A stretch of DNA of 64,000 nucleotides from Phyllobates terribilis (GCF_046119375.1 NW_027362762.1:636864001-636928000), one strand, 5' to 3'. Counted from the first letter of the stretch, positions 23,903-34,634 are shown. The notes: generated from the letters alone by a model not told the origin. Program-made: numbers and translations.

Positions 23903-25039
23903 TGTGGCGCCCCGAGGGTTCGGTTGACACAGGGGTATTGGACCTCAACCAGAGGTGTGATATTCCACTCCCAGGTAAGGATGGAGTGTGGACCAGGGCT
24001 CAGTTAGCTGCATCCACACACTCACCCCATTTCCGGGGGACAGCTCGACGGTGCTCCCATATAATTTCAGGCACAACTGACCATGTCCCTGGCTGGAGTG
24101 GGGAGGGGGGAGAGAACCCAGTGATGTAGGAGCAGAGGGGACCGTTTCTGGAGCATAGAAAGGAGCTCATTGGGTGCAGGTCACCTGAGCTCAGACACAG
24201 AGAAGCAGATAAAAGGTGGGAGCCATCTTAGGAGTTCAGAGAAGCAGAGCAGAGTGAAGGAGGAGAGAGCTGACAGGGAGCTGCGGCTCAGGCTGAGCTC
24301 AGCTCCACGAGGCAGGCCTAGAGAGAAGGCCGGGGCCAGAGAGGAGAAGAGAAGAAGAAGGAAAAGGAAGGAAGGAGAAGAGACAGAGGAGTAGAAAGGC
24401 TCCAGAAACAAGAAGGCAGAAGGGACCCTTTATTGGTGCGACCCCCCCGCCAAACCTGCTAGGAATGCACCATATAGGATAGCGGGAAGCGGAGGCCAAT
24501 GCTTATCCGACACGGTCCGCGGTAGCTGGACAGAAGTTGGGTCACTGGTGGGGCACGAGAGGCCAGAGAAAGGACAGAAGGGGGTCCTGTGCCATACTCC
24601 TGAATTGCCTGGGGGTTGACCGAGCTCCTCACCTGGTGGACGCAGCATGGCTTGGGCAGTCATTGCTGACCGAAGTGACATGGATAACAACTGTGAGTAA
24701 AAACCCTGGACTGCACTATTGGACTCAGTGTGCTGCGCCTGCACCATCACCCCCAGCATCCACCTACACTGCCCTGAGGCTACACTCTTCCCGTGGGGAG
24801 TTATCCTATCCCTGTGCTGCACACCAACACCAGCCTCAGCAGTCTGCCTCGCAGCGGCGGTTATCCCTGACCGCAATCCACGGGTGGCGTAGTCGGACAT
24901 TCAAAACACTGATAAATAGACTGCCGCCATTTGGTCTGACCACCCTGAGCCACGGGACCGGGTTGCCACTACAGCCCCCATCAGCACCGTACACCAGAAG
25001 GCCCGGTTCCGGGTACCCCACGGCCCAGGGGGCGAGTCA
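23903..25039 (+). repeat. 5' LTR (TG...CA, about 1137 bp)
   Basis: Starts TGTGGCGCCCC, ends GAGTCA four nt before the PBS. Confidence 0.88.
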
Positions 25040-25043
25040 GCTT

Positions 25044-25062
25044 TGGCGTAGTCGGCAGGATT
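25044..25062 (+). promoter_or_regulatory. Primer-binding site for tRNA-Ser
   Basis: TGGCGTAGTCGGCAGGATT is complementary to the 3' end of vertebrate tRNA-Ser (...AATCCTGCCGACTACGCCA). Confidence 0.9.
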
Positions 25063-25157
25063 GTGACCAACCCGCCACCAACGGGTATTGCGTGCCTGAA
25101 AATAGACTGTTTCACTGTATTGAAAATGGCGCCCGCCCCTGCAGAACGGACGCCATA

Positions 25158-26702
25158 ATGTGCGCACCAGAAGATAACAGGAAGCCACCTCCCATCGCGG
25201 GCCAGGTCCCAGAATGGCGCCAAAGAAGGAGCCCACCCCCAACAGCCATGAGTGCGGCTGTAGAGATGTCCATCAAGGTGGGGGGGCTGCCCCTGAGAGT
25301 GATTGTCAGCAGATTGCCCCAGGACCACCCCCAACAGGGGCGGAAGGAGAAGAAAACCGAGGGGCAGGGTGTGGTTTGGATCAGTCTCGCCAGATCACAC
25401 CCGGAGATGGAGAGGAGCACCAACTCCAGCACCCTGGCAAGCGGCCTGCTGCAGGCCGAGGCGACCCCGTACAGCCTCACGGAGCTGATGGCTCAGCTCT
25501 CCGCAGAAGACCCTGAGTTCCTGCGGGCTGCGCTGGAGGAGCTGGATCGGAAGATGGTCCGGGCGCAGAGGGAAGTCATCGCCGGATGGAGGGAGGAGAT
25601 GGCCCGGCGGGTCGCGACCTGGCAGCAAGAGACGCTGCCAGCACCCGGCAGTGCACCTGCCCCCGAGGATAGAGAGAGGAGACCGGAGGCCGAGAACAGC
25701 GCTGCTGCGGAGGCAGGTAAGGAAAACACCCCTGCCCCGGGTACTGACGCCTTAGGCTTACCCCTGGATCCCGCTGCGGAGCCAGAAGTCCCGGGAGACG
25801 CTGCAGCTTCCACGCTCCCGACGCCGGTACGTAGGCCTCAAGCCGCGAGCACCGCCGCTGAACCATGCCCCACGTCGTGCCCCCTGACCCCGGGTGCGGT
25901 CGGAAGCGGCCCGCTCCAGTCCTGGTCGCAAGGCCTGGCCTTCCCGGGCGTCCCCCAACCGCGTGCGCCCCCGGTCCCGAAGCCACCACCCCTTGGGACT
26001 GACCTGTACAGCCAGCTCGCCGGACCCGATGGAGAGCCGGTCCCTGTACCAGAGGGATGGGTCCACCCTTGTCTCCGGGTGGCCCTGTCCGCAGAAGACA
26101 GAGCCCTGCTTCGTCCGCTTCTGCCTGCTCCACAGCCCGTTGATGTCCCCCAGCTCCTGATCGAAGAGGTCCAGTACGAGTGGGACCAGGCCGGGGAGGA
26201 CCTGATGGAGTTCTCGCAGGAGACGCGGGCGGCCGCAGCCCGCATGTGGGAGTTCTGTCACCGACAGGTGGCGCAGTTGGAGAAGGAGAGGTTGGTGCGG
26301 CGCCAGATGCATGAGCAGCTGCAGGCCCGGAGCGCGGAACAGAAAATGCGCGCCCGGCGAGACCCCCAAACCGCACGCAGTCCCAGAATCATAGGGACCG
26401 TGGTGAAGTTCCAGCAAGAGGAGAGGTGGGGTTTCATCAGAGACCCGACGACGGACACGGATGTGTTTGTTACCCGGAGAGACGTAGAGAGCCACCAGCC
26501 AGAAGGTCACCAGGGGCAGGATCTGTTCCCGGGAGATCGGGTGTCCTACACCAGACACAGAGGGCTGCGGGGGTGGTATGCCCTTAACATCTGGAGGGTA
26601 ACAGAGGAGCAACACTACCCTGTACCCGGCTATTCAGAGGACCCAGATGGGTCTGAGGAATGCGAGGAGGAGGAGGGTGCGCAAGGAGGACACCACTACT
26701 AA
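25158..26702 (+). CDS. 514-aa protein: helical N-region, Pro/Ala linker, predicted coiled coil, C-terminal cold-shock domain (26388-26600), acidic tail
   Basis: First in-frame ATG of the 24537-26702 open frame (track start is a TTG inside the LTR). GTVVKFQQEERWGFIRDPTTDTDVFVT...LFPGDRVSY...GLRGWYALNI aligns by eye with the CSD consensus GTVKWFN..KGFGFI...DVFVH...L..G..V.F...G.KG..A.NV. Confidence 0.75.
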   Translation: MCAPEDNRKPPPIAGQVPEWRQRRSPPPTAMSAAVEMSIKVGGLPLRVIVSRLPQDHPQQGRKEKKTEGQGVVWISLARSHPEMERSTNSSTLASGLLQAEATPYSLTELMAQLSAEDPEFLRAALEELDRKMVRAQREVIAGWREEMARRVATWQQETLPAPGSAPAPEDRERRPEAENSAAAEAGKENTPAPGTDALGLPLDPAAEPEVPGDAAASTLPTPVRRPQAASTAAEPCPTSCPLTPGAVGSGPLQSWSQGLAFPGVPQPRAPPVPKPPPLGTDLYSQLAGPDGEPVPVPEGWVHPCLRVALSAEDRALLRPLLPAPQPVDVPQLLIEEVQYEWDQAGEDLMEFSQETRAAAARMWEFCHRQVAQLEKERLVRRQMHEQLQARSAEQKMRARRDPQTARSPRIIGTVVKFQQEERWGFIRDPTTDTDVFVTRRDVESHQPEGHQGQDLFPGDRVSYTRHRGLRGWYALNIWRVTEEQHYPVPGYSEDPDGSEECEEEEGAQGGHHY

Positions 26703-26784
26703 GGAGCGGCAGCGTACAAATGTATATAGTTACCCGTCAGGGTAAAGAAACTGTTGCATAGAGTTACCCGGTATCAGGTCAGTT

Positions 26785-26895
26785 AAAACTGGCTGAGGAC
26801 TGAGAGCAGCCATTCCTCTTCCCAACCTGGCTGAGGACTGAGAGCAGCCATTCCCCTCTGTTTGATCCGGCCGAGGACTGGGAGCGGCCAACCCT
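26785..26895. repeat. Three short tandem units (ctggctgaggactgagagcagccatt) in the 3' UTR of the LTR element
   Basis: Copies near 26789, 26828 and 26868 (third diverged). Confidence 0.8.
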
Positions 26896-27424
26896 GTAAA
26901 TAGTTGCGCTTCTTAAAGCGCCCCCTATTGGTTTTATAAAAGTACTGCAACGTCTACCTCAGGACAAAAACTCGTTTGGCGTGGCCGAAGACGTGGTCCA
27001 ACTACCGGATCACCTATGCCCTGCAGCCACGCCCAGGGCCTACGTGGAGGGTTTGCGGACGAGTCCCTCATGTTTGAAAGTGTGCTAAAGTTTTGCACCT
27101 TATTGGAAGAATGCACACCTGGGCGCAAGTTGCACCGCGGCCAGTGAATCAGAATTTGCTTAAAAATGTTTTACCTGAAAAAGTTTTGCTATACTGAATT
27201 GTTTGATATGCTGCTAAAAGGAATTACATGATAGTGCAAATGTTTTATATGGTGTCTGGTAAAAGAGTTAAAGTGTTGAAAAAGAGAAAATGTTTCCCAT
27301 AAAGGGAATTGAATAATGTTGGCTATTTTCTAACGTAAAAAAAAAAAAAAAAAACTTTAATTCTGCATGTCTTGTAAATCAAATGTTTTTACTCTTTTCC
27401 AGCCCGAGGACGTGCTGTGGTTTA

Positions 27425-27435
27425 CCAGGGGGGAA
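27425..27435 (+). promoter_or_regulatory. Polypurine tract
   Basis: ccAGGGGGGAA immediately 5' of the second LTR. Confidence 0.75.
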
Positions 27436-28192
27436 TGTGGCGCCCCGAGGGTTCGGTTGCCACAGGGGTATTGCACCTCAACCAGAGGTGTGATATTCCA
27501 CTCCCAGGTAAGGATGGAGTGTGGACCAGGACTCAGTTAGCTGCATACACACACTCACCCCATTTCCGGGGGACAGCTCGACGGGGCTCCCATATAATTT
27601 CAGGCACAACTGACCATGTCCCTGGCTGGAGTGGGGAGGGGGGAGAGAATCCAGTGATGTAGGAGCAGAGGGGACCGTTTCTGGAGCATAGGAAGGAGCT
27701 CATTGGGTGCAGGTCACCTGAGCTCAGACACAGAGAAGCAGATAAAAGGTGGGAGCCATCTTAGGAGTTCAGAGAAGCAGAGCAGAGTGAAGGAGGAGAG
27801 AGCTGACAGGGAGCTACGGCTCAGGCTGAGCTCAGCTCCACGAGGCAGGCCTAGAGAGAAGGCCGGGGCCAGAGAGGAGAAGAGAAGGAGAAGGAAGGAA
27901 GGAGAAGAGACAGAGGAGTAGAAAGGCTCCAGAAACAAGAAGGCAGAAGGGACCCTAAGAGAGCAGAACGGACAGCAACCGTTGCAAACCCCCGTTATAT
28001 CGGGTAAAGGGTCAGGCTGTGGAAGGGTACCGGATTCCCAAGTTGGTGGAGGTAAATCATCCCTCAGCCAAGAACCGGAGGTCTTGATCATTTATTGGTG
28101 CGACCCCCCCCCCCCCCGCCAAACCTGCTAGGAAGGCACCATATAGGATAGCGGGAAGCGGAGGTCAACGCTTACCCGACACGGTCCGCGGT
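27436..28192 (+). repeat. 3' LTR, truncated at its 3' end
   Basis: About 8-9 substitutions and one small indel versus the 5' LTR over the first ~525 nt (manual count); has ~134 extra nt (27957-28090); stops at acggtccgcggta. Confidence 0.92.
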
Positions 28193-28194
28193 AA

Positions 28195-28880
28195 GTGGGG
28201 GTATTTATGGAGAGGAGGGGGCCGTATGGAGAAATAGGTGTTCACCATGAAGAAGTGGGAGGGTAGGAGACAATATGGGTACGGGGCAACAGGATGAACA
28301 ACTGGGAGCATCTGAGGACCATATGGAGAAGAGAGAGTGTGGTGGGATTGTATGGAGGAGTGTGGGGAACATATGGAGGTGTGGGGGGACTATATGGAAA
28401 AGTGGGGGACATTATAGAGAGGTGGGGGGACCGTATGGAGAAATAGGAGCGTGGGTGCACCGTATAGAGAAGTGGGTGTAAAATATGAAGAAGTGGGGTG
28501 ACAGTATAGAGAGATGGGAGCATAGGGGACAATATGGAGAAATGGAGGTACAGAATGGAGAACTGGAAGATGTGTGGGTCCATATGTAGAAGTGGGAGTG
28601 TGAGGGGATTGTATGGAGAAGTGCAACAGTAATTATAGAAGGGAGCGTGGGGGGGCAGTATGGAGAGCTTAGAGCATGGGGAACAATATTGAGAAGTGGG
28701 GGAACAGTATGTAGAGATGGGAGTGTGGCGGGACAGTATGGATAGGTGAAAGCTTTGGGGCCAATATGGAGAAGTGTGGGCACGGTATGTAGAGATGGGA
28801 GCTTGAGGGCACAGTATGGAGAGGGGAGAGCTTTTTAGGACAATATGGAGAAGTGGTGGCACAGTATGGAGAAGTTGGAT
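28195..28880. repeat. Purine-rich minisatellite (TATGGAGAAGTGGG variants)
   Basis: Repeated tatggaga(a/g)(g/a)tggg units of about 20-25 nt. Confidence 0.9.
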
Positions 28881-29734
28881 CCATGTACTGTCAGTGCATC
28901 TGGTAATGGATTCATGTACTGACCTTGGTTCTGATCTAGTACAAATGTACCAATCCATAACTGATCAGAGATTGTCACCCTGCTGAGGCGGTTACCTTTC
29001 TGCCACTGCCACCCTACTGTGGCCGTCACCCTGCTGCCGCCGTTACCCTGCTGCCACCATCACGCTGTTGCCGAAGTGGGAAAGGTAAGCACCTTATACA
29101 ACCAAAACTTATAGGGACTTTTATTGTATATGAGGGATGTTACTGGGAAGGCACAGTATCTTGTGGGCAGTATGCAGAGGAGGAAAAGTGTTGTTCTAGT
29201 GCTGTATTAATCTACTGGTTCTGGCTCTGCATTCATTTACCAATAGTGGTTCTGGTGCTGCATTCATGTACTGACGGTGGTTCTGTGTATATTGTAGCTG
29301 TGGGCCCACCATACTTTGTATAGGGAAGCTGTAGGGTATTATATTGAGTATAAGGGAGCGGCACTGAGCTACCGTGCTGCCCATTATATACGAAGAGGGG
29401 GGTGGGGTGAAAAAAACAGGCCCCTGCCATTCTATATGTGCCTGCATGAACTTCTGTCCACACCACATCCTTGTGAAAGACATGCGCTCTATGCAGCGCT
29501 AAAAAGAGGAGGGATCCGATATACTCCCTGTGTGAATAGGTGCATCCAAGCCGCTCACTGCGCATAGCGCTCCGTGGCCGGCGTCTCGGAAGTCAGACTG
29601 TGCATGTGCGCACCGCCTGACATCCCATTGGACGCTGGGCAGGGAGGGGGAGGCTGCAGTGTTCTTTACATGAACTGATGCAAGCCCTAAAAACAAACAG
29701 TGACATTCCAGGTTGTGAGGTAGCAAAACACCAA

Positions 29735-29773
29735 GAAAAATACCAAGGGGGTGAATACTTTCCCAAGTCACTG
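29735..29773. mobile_element. Tc1-like TIR remnant
   Basis: ggggtgaatacttttcccaagtcactg followed by TA. Confidence 0.55.
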
Positions 29774-30059
29774 TATATTGCTTGCGTTGGAATCGGAGGT
29801 GTATATACCATACGCTCACTGTGATCTCCCCAATAACCGGCCCGGTAGTGGCAGCAGCCGCGGTGCCCGTCACTCGTGTAATTGTCCTGACGATTGGAGG
29901 CGGTGGAGTTGAGTTAAGTGACACTTCTACTACATGCAAATATCAAGTATATCTAGGTCAAACACCTCCCAGATGAAAGGTCACTTTCCAAATACATTTA
30001 TGTTCTGAGCTGCTGTGTTTCCCCTCTATTTGTATGCTGAGCAACTGGCTCTGAGCTAG

Positions 30060-30240
30060 GACAAGAGGTGGCCGGGATGAGAGGTGCCGGCCGGGATGAG
30101 AGGTGCCAGAGGGATGAGAGGTGCCGGCCGGGGTGAGAGGTGCCAGAGGGATGAGAGGTGCCGGCCTGGGTGAGAGGTGCTGGCAAGATGAGAGGTGCCG
30201 GCCGGGATGAGAGGTGCCGGCCGGGGTGTGAGGTGCTGGC
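30060..30240. repeat. 14-18-bp tandem repeat (gagaggtgccggccgggat)
   Basis: About ten copies of gagaggtgc(c/t). Confidence 0.9.
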
Positions 30241-30319
30241 CTCCTGCGCTGCCACTAACTCCAATAGAAGGTACTAAGGAGCTACGAAATTAGCGCAGCA
30301 CAGTGAGCTACAATGCAGT

Positions 30320-30652
30320 GTTACGCTGTTTCCGTAACCCACTAATGATTGATGTGTAGCTCGTAGAGATACGCTGATTCCGTACCCTACTAATGATGTG
30401 TCACTTGCAGTGTTACGCCGTTTCTGTATCCCACTAATGAAGGGTAGCTCGCAAAGTTACGCTGTTTCCGTAGCCGTCTAATAATGTGTAGTTCGTAGTG
30501 TTACGCTGTTTCCGTATCCCACTAATGAAGGGTAGCTCGCTAAGTTACGCTGTTTCCGTAGCCGTCTAATAATGTGTAGTTCGTAGTGTTACGCTGTTTC
30601 CGTATCCCACTAATGAAGTGTAGCTCGCAAAGTTACGCTGTCTCCGTAAACA
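30320..30652. repeat. 44-bp tandem repeat with A/B alternation (88-bp higher-order unit)
   Basis: Constant gttacgctgtttccgta followed alternately by tcccactaatgaagggtagctcgc and gccgtctaataatgtgtagttcgt. Confidence 0.9.
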
Positions 30653-31162
30653 GCGTAATATGACGAAAAGCTATATTCGCTAACGTGAAGTCCACTGACC
30701 AATCCAAATGCTCGTCTCATTTGAGGACATGATGTTGTAACTAGCAGCAGAACGCGATTGGTGCTTCTTTTGAAGGAAGCTAATTGGCTGTAAGTGTGAG
30801 GTGGGCGGTAGTGAGCGCTGCAGGAAAGCGTGTTCCGGAGTGGCCGTGCAGCCCCGCTGCTTCCGGCGTACGTACGCTGTAGCGGAAAGCAGCACTCAGC
30901 ATTGTCCTGGTTGGCACAGAAGCCAAGGTAGGTTTGGTGACAGCGGCTGGGCGGTGTTGGCACAGTGCAGCGGTGAGGGCACACGCCTATGCTGCCGGCT
31001 GGTGACCATGCCACGTTATGTGGGCAGCTGTGTACATGGTAGTGTGTGGTCACCTGGGCATTACATAGGCTGCCAGCAGTGGTTGGCACCATTACTGCTC
31101 TCTAGCTATATACTGCTCCATTCACATGTGTGCATCTTCCTATTAGTAAAGGAGGAGATTAA

Positions 31163-31547
31163 AGCGGTTGTTCCACCTTAAAGGGATTCTCTACTGCTGG
31201 ACTCCCCTTGGCTAATCGCCAGAGAAACTAAAAGCACTGGCTAGTCCCCTCCAGCAGAGGCGCTGCTGTAGTGATGTCAGAGCCCCTATACACTGCAGGT
31301 CATGTAACCACTGCAGCCAATCATTGCTGCTCATCAGTATTCCGTCAGTGCAGTCATCGGCTGTGGTGAAATACTGAGGGATGCAGCTGACCAGTGGTTG
31401 CTGATTGGCTGCAGTGGTCACATGACTTAATGGGAATCGGCTCTGACATCACTGGAATGGCTGCGGGAGGTGAGTATCCATTGTTTTTGTTTTTTTATTA
31501 TATGGCACTGAAGTTAACCAGGGGGTGTCCAGTATTGGAGTGCCCCT
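31163..31547. mobile_element. TTAA-flanked T2/Kolobok-type MITE
   Basis: TTAA at 31159-31162 and 31548-31551 with degenerate AG(C/G)GG TIRs. Confidence 0.45.
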
Positions 31548-32054
31548 TTAATAATGTACAATCCTCAGGCTATTGGCTCCAGCAAAGACTGCTCTGGGAT
31601 TCACTTTTTAGACCCGAAGCCATGACGTTCTTCCTCTGGTCACTAGGCCTGATTGCCTGCAGTCTGGAGCAGATTTGTCTGCTGCTGGCAATCACTGAGC
31701 CCAGTGCTCAGTTGAGCATAAGATGAGATGTCATCACTTCCTCTGATGGAAACCTCTGTGCTGGTGCCATGAGGGTAAGAGCTGGTGAGTGTACTACAAC
31801 TCTTAGAATATTACCTTCTGGCACTTTAATTTTTATAAACAGTTAAGACTCCTTTTAGGGGTTTTGGCTTCATGCAAAATGTTTCACAGTTTACCTCCTG
31901 TAGCCGCTGTGTTGCATTATCTGTTGCTGGCTGCAGAATGAGTTAACTGAGAATCTGCCAGTCAGCACTTTCTATCCAACGCGTTTAAGTAGAGTTGAGC
32001 AAAGCGATTTGCAGGATCTGCGTTAAGCGGCCACATCAGTAATGTGGAGCCTAC

Positions 32055-32490
32055 TAATCAGAAGAGAAAGCTGGCATCGCTCTGGTCCCTCTGCAGCAGA
32101 GTACTGATGTGACCATGATCAGGCTGCAATCAGAAGAGAAAGCTGGCACATACCGGAAGCTGGCATCGCTCTGGTCCCGCTGCAGCAGAGTACTGATGTG
32201 GCCACTGATCAGGCTGCAATCAGAAGAGAAAGCTGGCACATACTGGAAGCTGGCATCTCTCTGGTCCCGCTGCAGCAGAGTACTGATGTGGCCACTGATC
32301 AGGCTGCAATCAGAAGAGAAAGCTGGCACATACTGGAAGCTGGCATCGCTCTGGTCCGGCTGCAGCAGAGTACCGATGTGGCCACTGATCAGGGTGCAAT
32401 CAGAAGAGAAAGCTGGCACATTCTGGAAGCTGACATCACTCTGGTCCGGCTGCAGCCGAGTACCGATGTGGCTACTGATCAGGGTGCTGT
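32055..32490. repeat. 90-bp tandem repeat (about 5 units)
   Basis: aatcagaagagaaagctggca at 32128, 32218, 32308 and 32398 plus a partial first unit; preceded by a TAGAGTTGAGC TIR-like motif at 31990. Confidence 0.93.
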
Positions 32491-32745
32491 TGTTTTGCTC
32501 CACTGTATCCATAACTCCTTTTTATCTGCTGTTTTCAGGGCTCCTCTCTGCTGACTTATGACCACAAACCACGTTGAATGTGCAGGAAAGGAAATAGCCC
32601 ATAAAAGTGAAACCTTGCCATAATTTTTAGTGAAAGCCAATTGCAAAAATGATTTTTAGCCTAAAATATATTAAAGGGGTTGTCCACTGCTAGGACAGCC
32701 CCTTCTGATTCCTCGTGTTTGGCTGGGTTAAAATAAAAACACTTA

Positions 32746-33105
32746 GGGTATGTGCTCACGATCGGTAATCACTGTGGATTGGACACAGCTCACTCGCTCT
32801 GCGTGCAAACTGCAGTGGCCAGATGTTACAGCACAGTGGATGGGATTTCAAGAAATCCCATGCCCACTATGAGTCTCTCTGCTCCTGCGGATCACCCGCT
32901 GACACTGCAATGAGGCACGTCTTTCCAGACCACAGCATGTCAATTACTCTTGCGGAGTCGCTAGTCTTCACAAGAGAAATTAGATCAGTGTAATGTATTG
33001 ATTGCGGTGAATCCGCATGGTTCAGTGAACACATGTGGATTCACCGGAGTCCAGCGCTTTGCACGCTGCATATAGTATACTGCGTTCGATTGTGTGCACA
33101 TACCC
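32746..33105. mobile_element. PIF/Harbinger-type MITE
   Basis: TIRs GGGTATGTGC and GCACATACCC; TTA TSD at 32743-32745 and 33106-33108; related copy at about 36885-37215. Confidence 0.85.
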
Positions 33106-34182
33106 TTATACTCCTCCTGTACCGACGTCGCTCCAGCCTTGTCGGCATTCAGGTTCCCGGGACTCATGTGAGGCTATGTCATGTGAGTTCTGCGCCCAAT
33201 CAGCGCCGGCTCCGCTGTCTCCTCCTTCGGATGTATTGAACATTAATAGGAGGCCAGGACTGTGTCTGCTCTCTCTTCTCTTGATGTTTGATTTCTCAGA
33301 AGGAGGGGACACTGAGAGCTTGTCTTTAAACACATCATTTACTGACCGTACCTCTAGTCAGCCCCTCGTCCTCATGGCTGGCGTGGGGGCTTATGGCCTG
33401 ATAGTATAGATGGATCTGTTCTAGCTCATGTCCTGACACGTGCTTTAGCTGAAGTGCACACTTCTAGGATAAGCAATGACTCTGCACATGCCAGTTGCTC
33501 CATTAGTGAAGCTGAGGTTCTCATGGTCTGCTCAATCTCTTCTCTGACAAGTGAGGAGGGGAATAGCAAATGAGTTCACCAGTACAGGGTACAGATGGTG
33601 GACACACTGGCAGGTAAGGTGGCACTATAACCATACAGTTATGACTATTGTTGGAAAGGATGGCCTGTGGCAGCCTCTGTCTCCCTCTAGTAGATTTTCC
33701 CTGTTCCACATGAGGACTAGGAGGTGGTTGTCTGATCACACTGGCTCTGGCTTATTTGCCCTCCCCTGCAGTTTACTGTGGAGGATGCAGTGGCCATTCT
33801 GGGCAACCTCTGACTGGAACTACTGATAATGCACAAGAACATTCTCAATATCTTCCATTTTAATACCACTCTCTATCTAGAATCTTAGAGCTTAACACAT
33901 TTACTCTCTGAAGCCTAAGTTGGTGCAGAAAACTGGAAGAAACCTTAGTGTGACTTTTTCCCCTCTCTCCCCCATGCAAGCTATCTGCAGTTTGACTTTT
34001 TTTATTTTTATTTTCAGCCAAGTTACAGGTTTAAAACATTTGCACAACTAGTAGTTGCAAATAGGGAGAAAAAGTATCACTTTGTGTGTGTAGTAGTGGT
34101 GAAGTGCAGGTCAGACCTCACTCCATATATCTATGCTGGAGAAGAGATGGTGCAGCCCACCCGGTGTGCTGGAGAGAGAATG

Positions 34183-34634
34183 AAAGGGTCTAGGTGCTCG
34201 GTGCTCCCAAACAAAATGGAAAAAAATCCCGTTGATGAATCAAAAAGATGAACAAAAACTTAATAAACCTACAATGCGTTTTGGCTGCGAACAGCCTGTC
34301 TGTTGGAGTTTTCCCCATTGCTTAGTGCCAAGACTGCTATAGACCACCTGAGCATCGGTGCTGGAGCCGCCGGGGATTTATCATCTCTATGCTTATTTGT
34401 TTTACGTTCTTAGAAAACCTCTGTAGCACGGGGCAATTTCTGGACCTTTCATATCTTGGATAAAGCTCACAAAGCAATGAGGAGGACTCCAGCAGACACC
34501 TGAGGAAGACTGTTGACAGCCAAAAAGCGTTGTGGTTTTAATAGATTTATTTATTTTTTTCATCTTTTTGATTCATCAACTCCCATTCAGCATCTGGATT
34601 ACTTTTCGTTTTGTGCTCAGCACCTGGACCCTTT
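34183..34634. mobile_element. Fold-back element, probably Penelope-derived, with a decayed hammerhead motif
   Basis: Arms 34183-34293 and 34517-34634 are imperfect reverse complements; CACCTGAGGAAGACTGTTGACAGCCAAAAAGCGTTGTG at 34497-34534. Confidence 0.6.

Larger units (their letters stand above)
23903..28192 (+). mobile_element. Non-autonomous LTR element carrying a cold-shock-domain ORF
   Basis: Two direct LTRs (23903 and 27436), tRNA-Ser PBS, PPT, 2.4-kb interior with one ORF; no RT, IN, PR or CCHC motifs seen. Confidence 0.9.

Noticed and set aside
24537-25157. 5' extension of the CSD ORF giving 721 aa
   Set aside because: It starts at a TTG inside the LTR and crosses the PBS; the first ATG is at 25158, so the extension is most likely chance openness in GC-rich DNA.
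26388-26600. Host YBX or LIN28 gene or retrocopy
   Set aside because: The CSD is far from the near-invariant vertebrate YBX sequence, lacks Lin28 zinc knuckles and YBX basic/acidic repeats, and sits between LTRs with a PBS and PPT.
25112-26615. Multiple antisense and alternate-frame ORFs over the CSD gene
   Set aside because: Shadow frames of GC-rich coding sequence with no recognisable motifs.
30320-30652. CRISPR-like array (constant core plus variable part)
   Set aside because: The variable parts are related to each other and alternate A/B; eukaryotic context, no cas genes.
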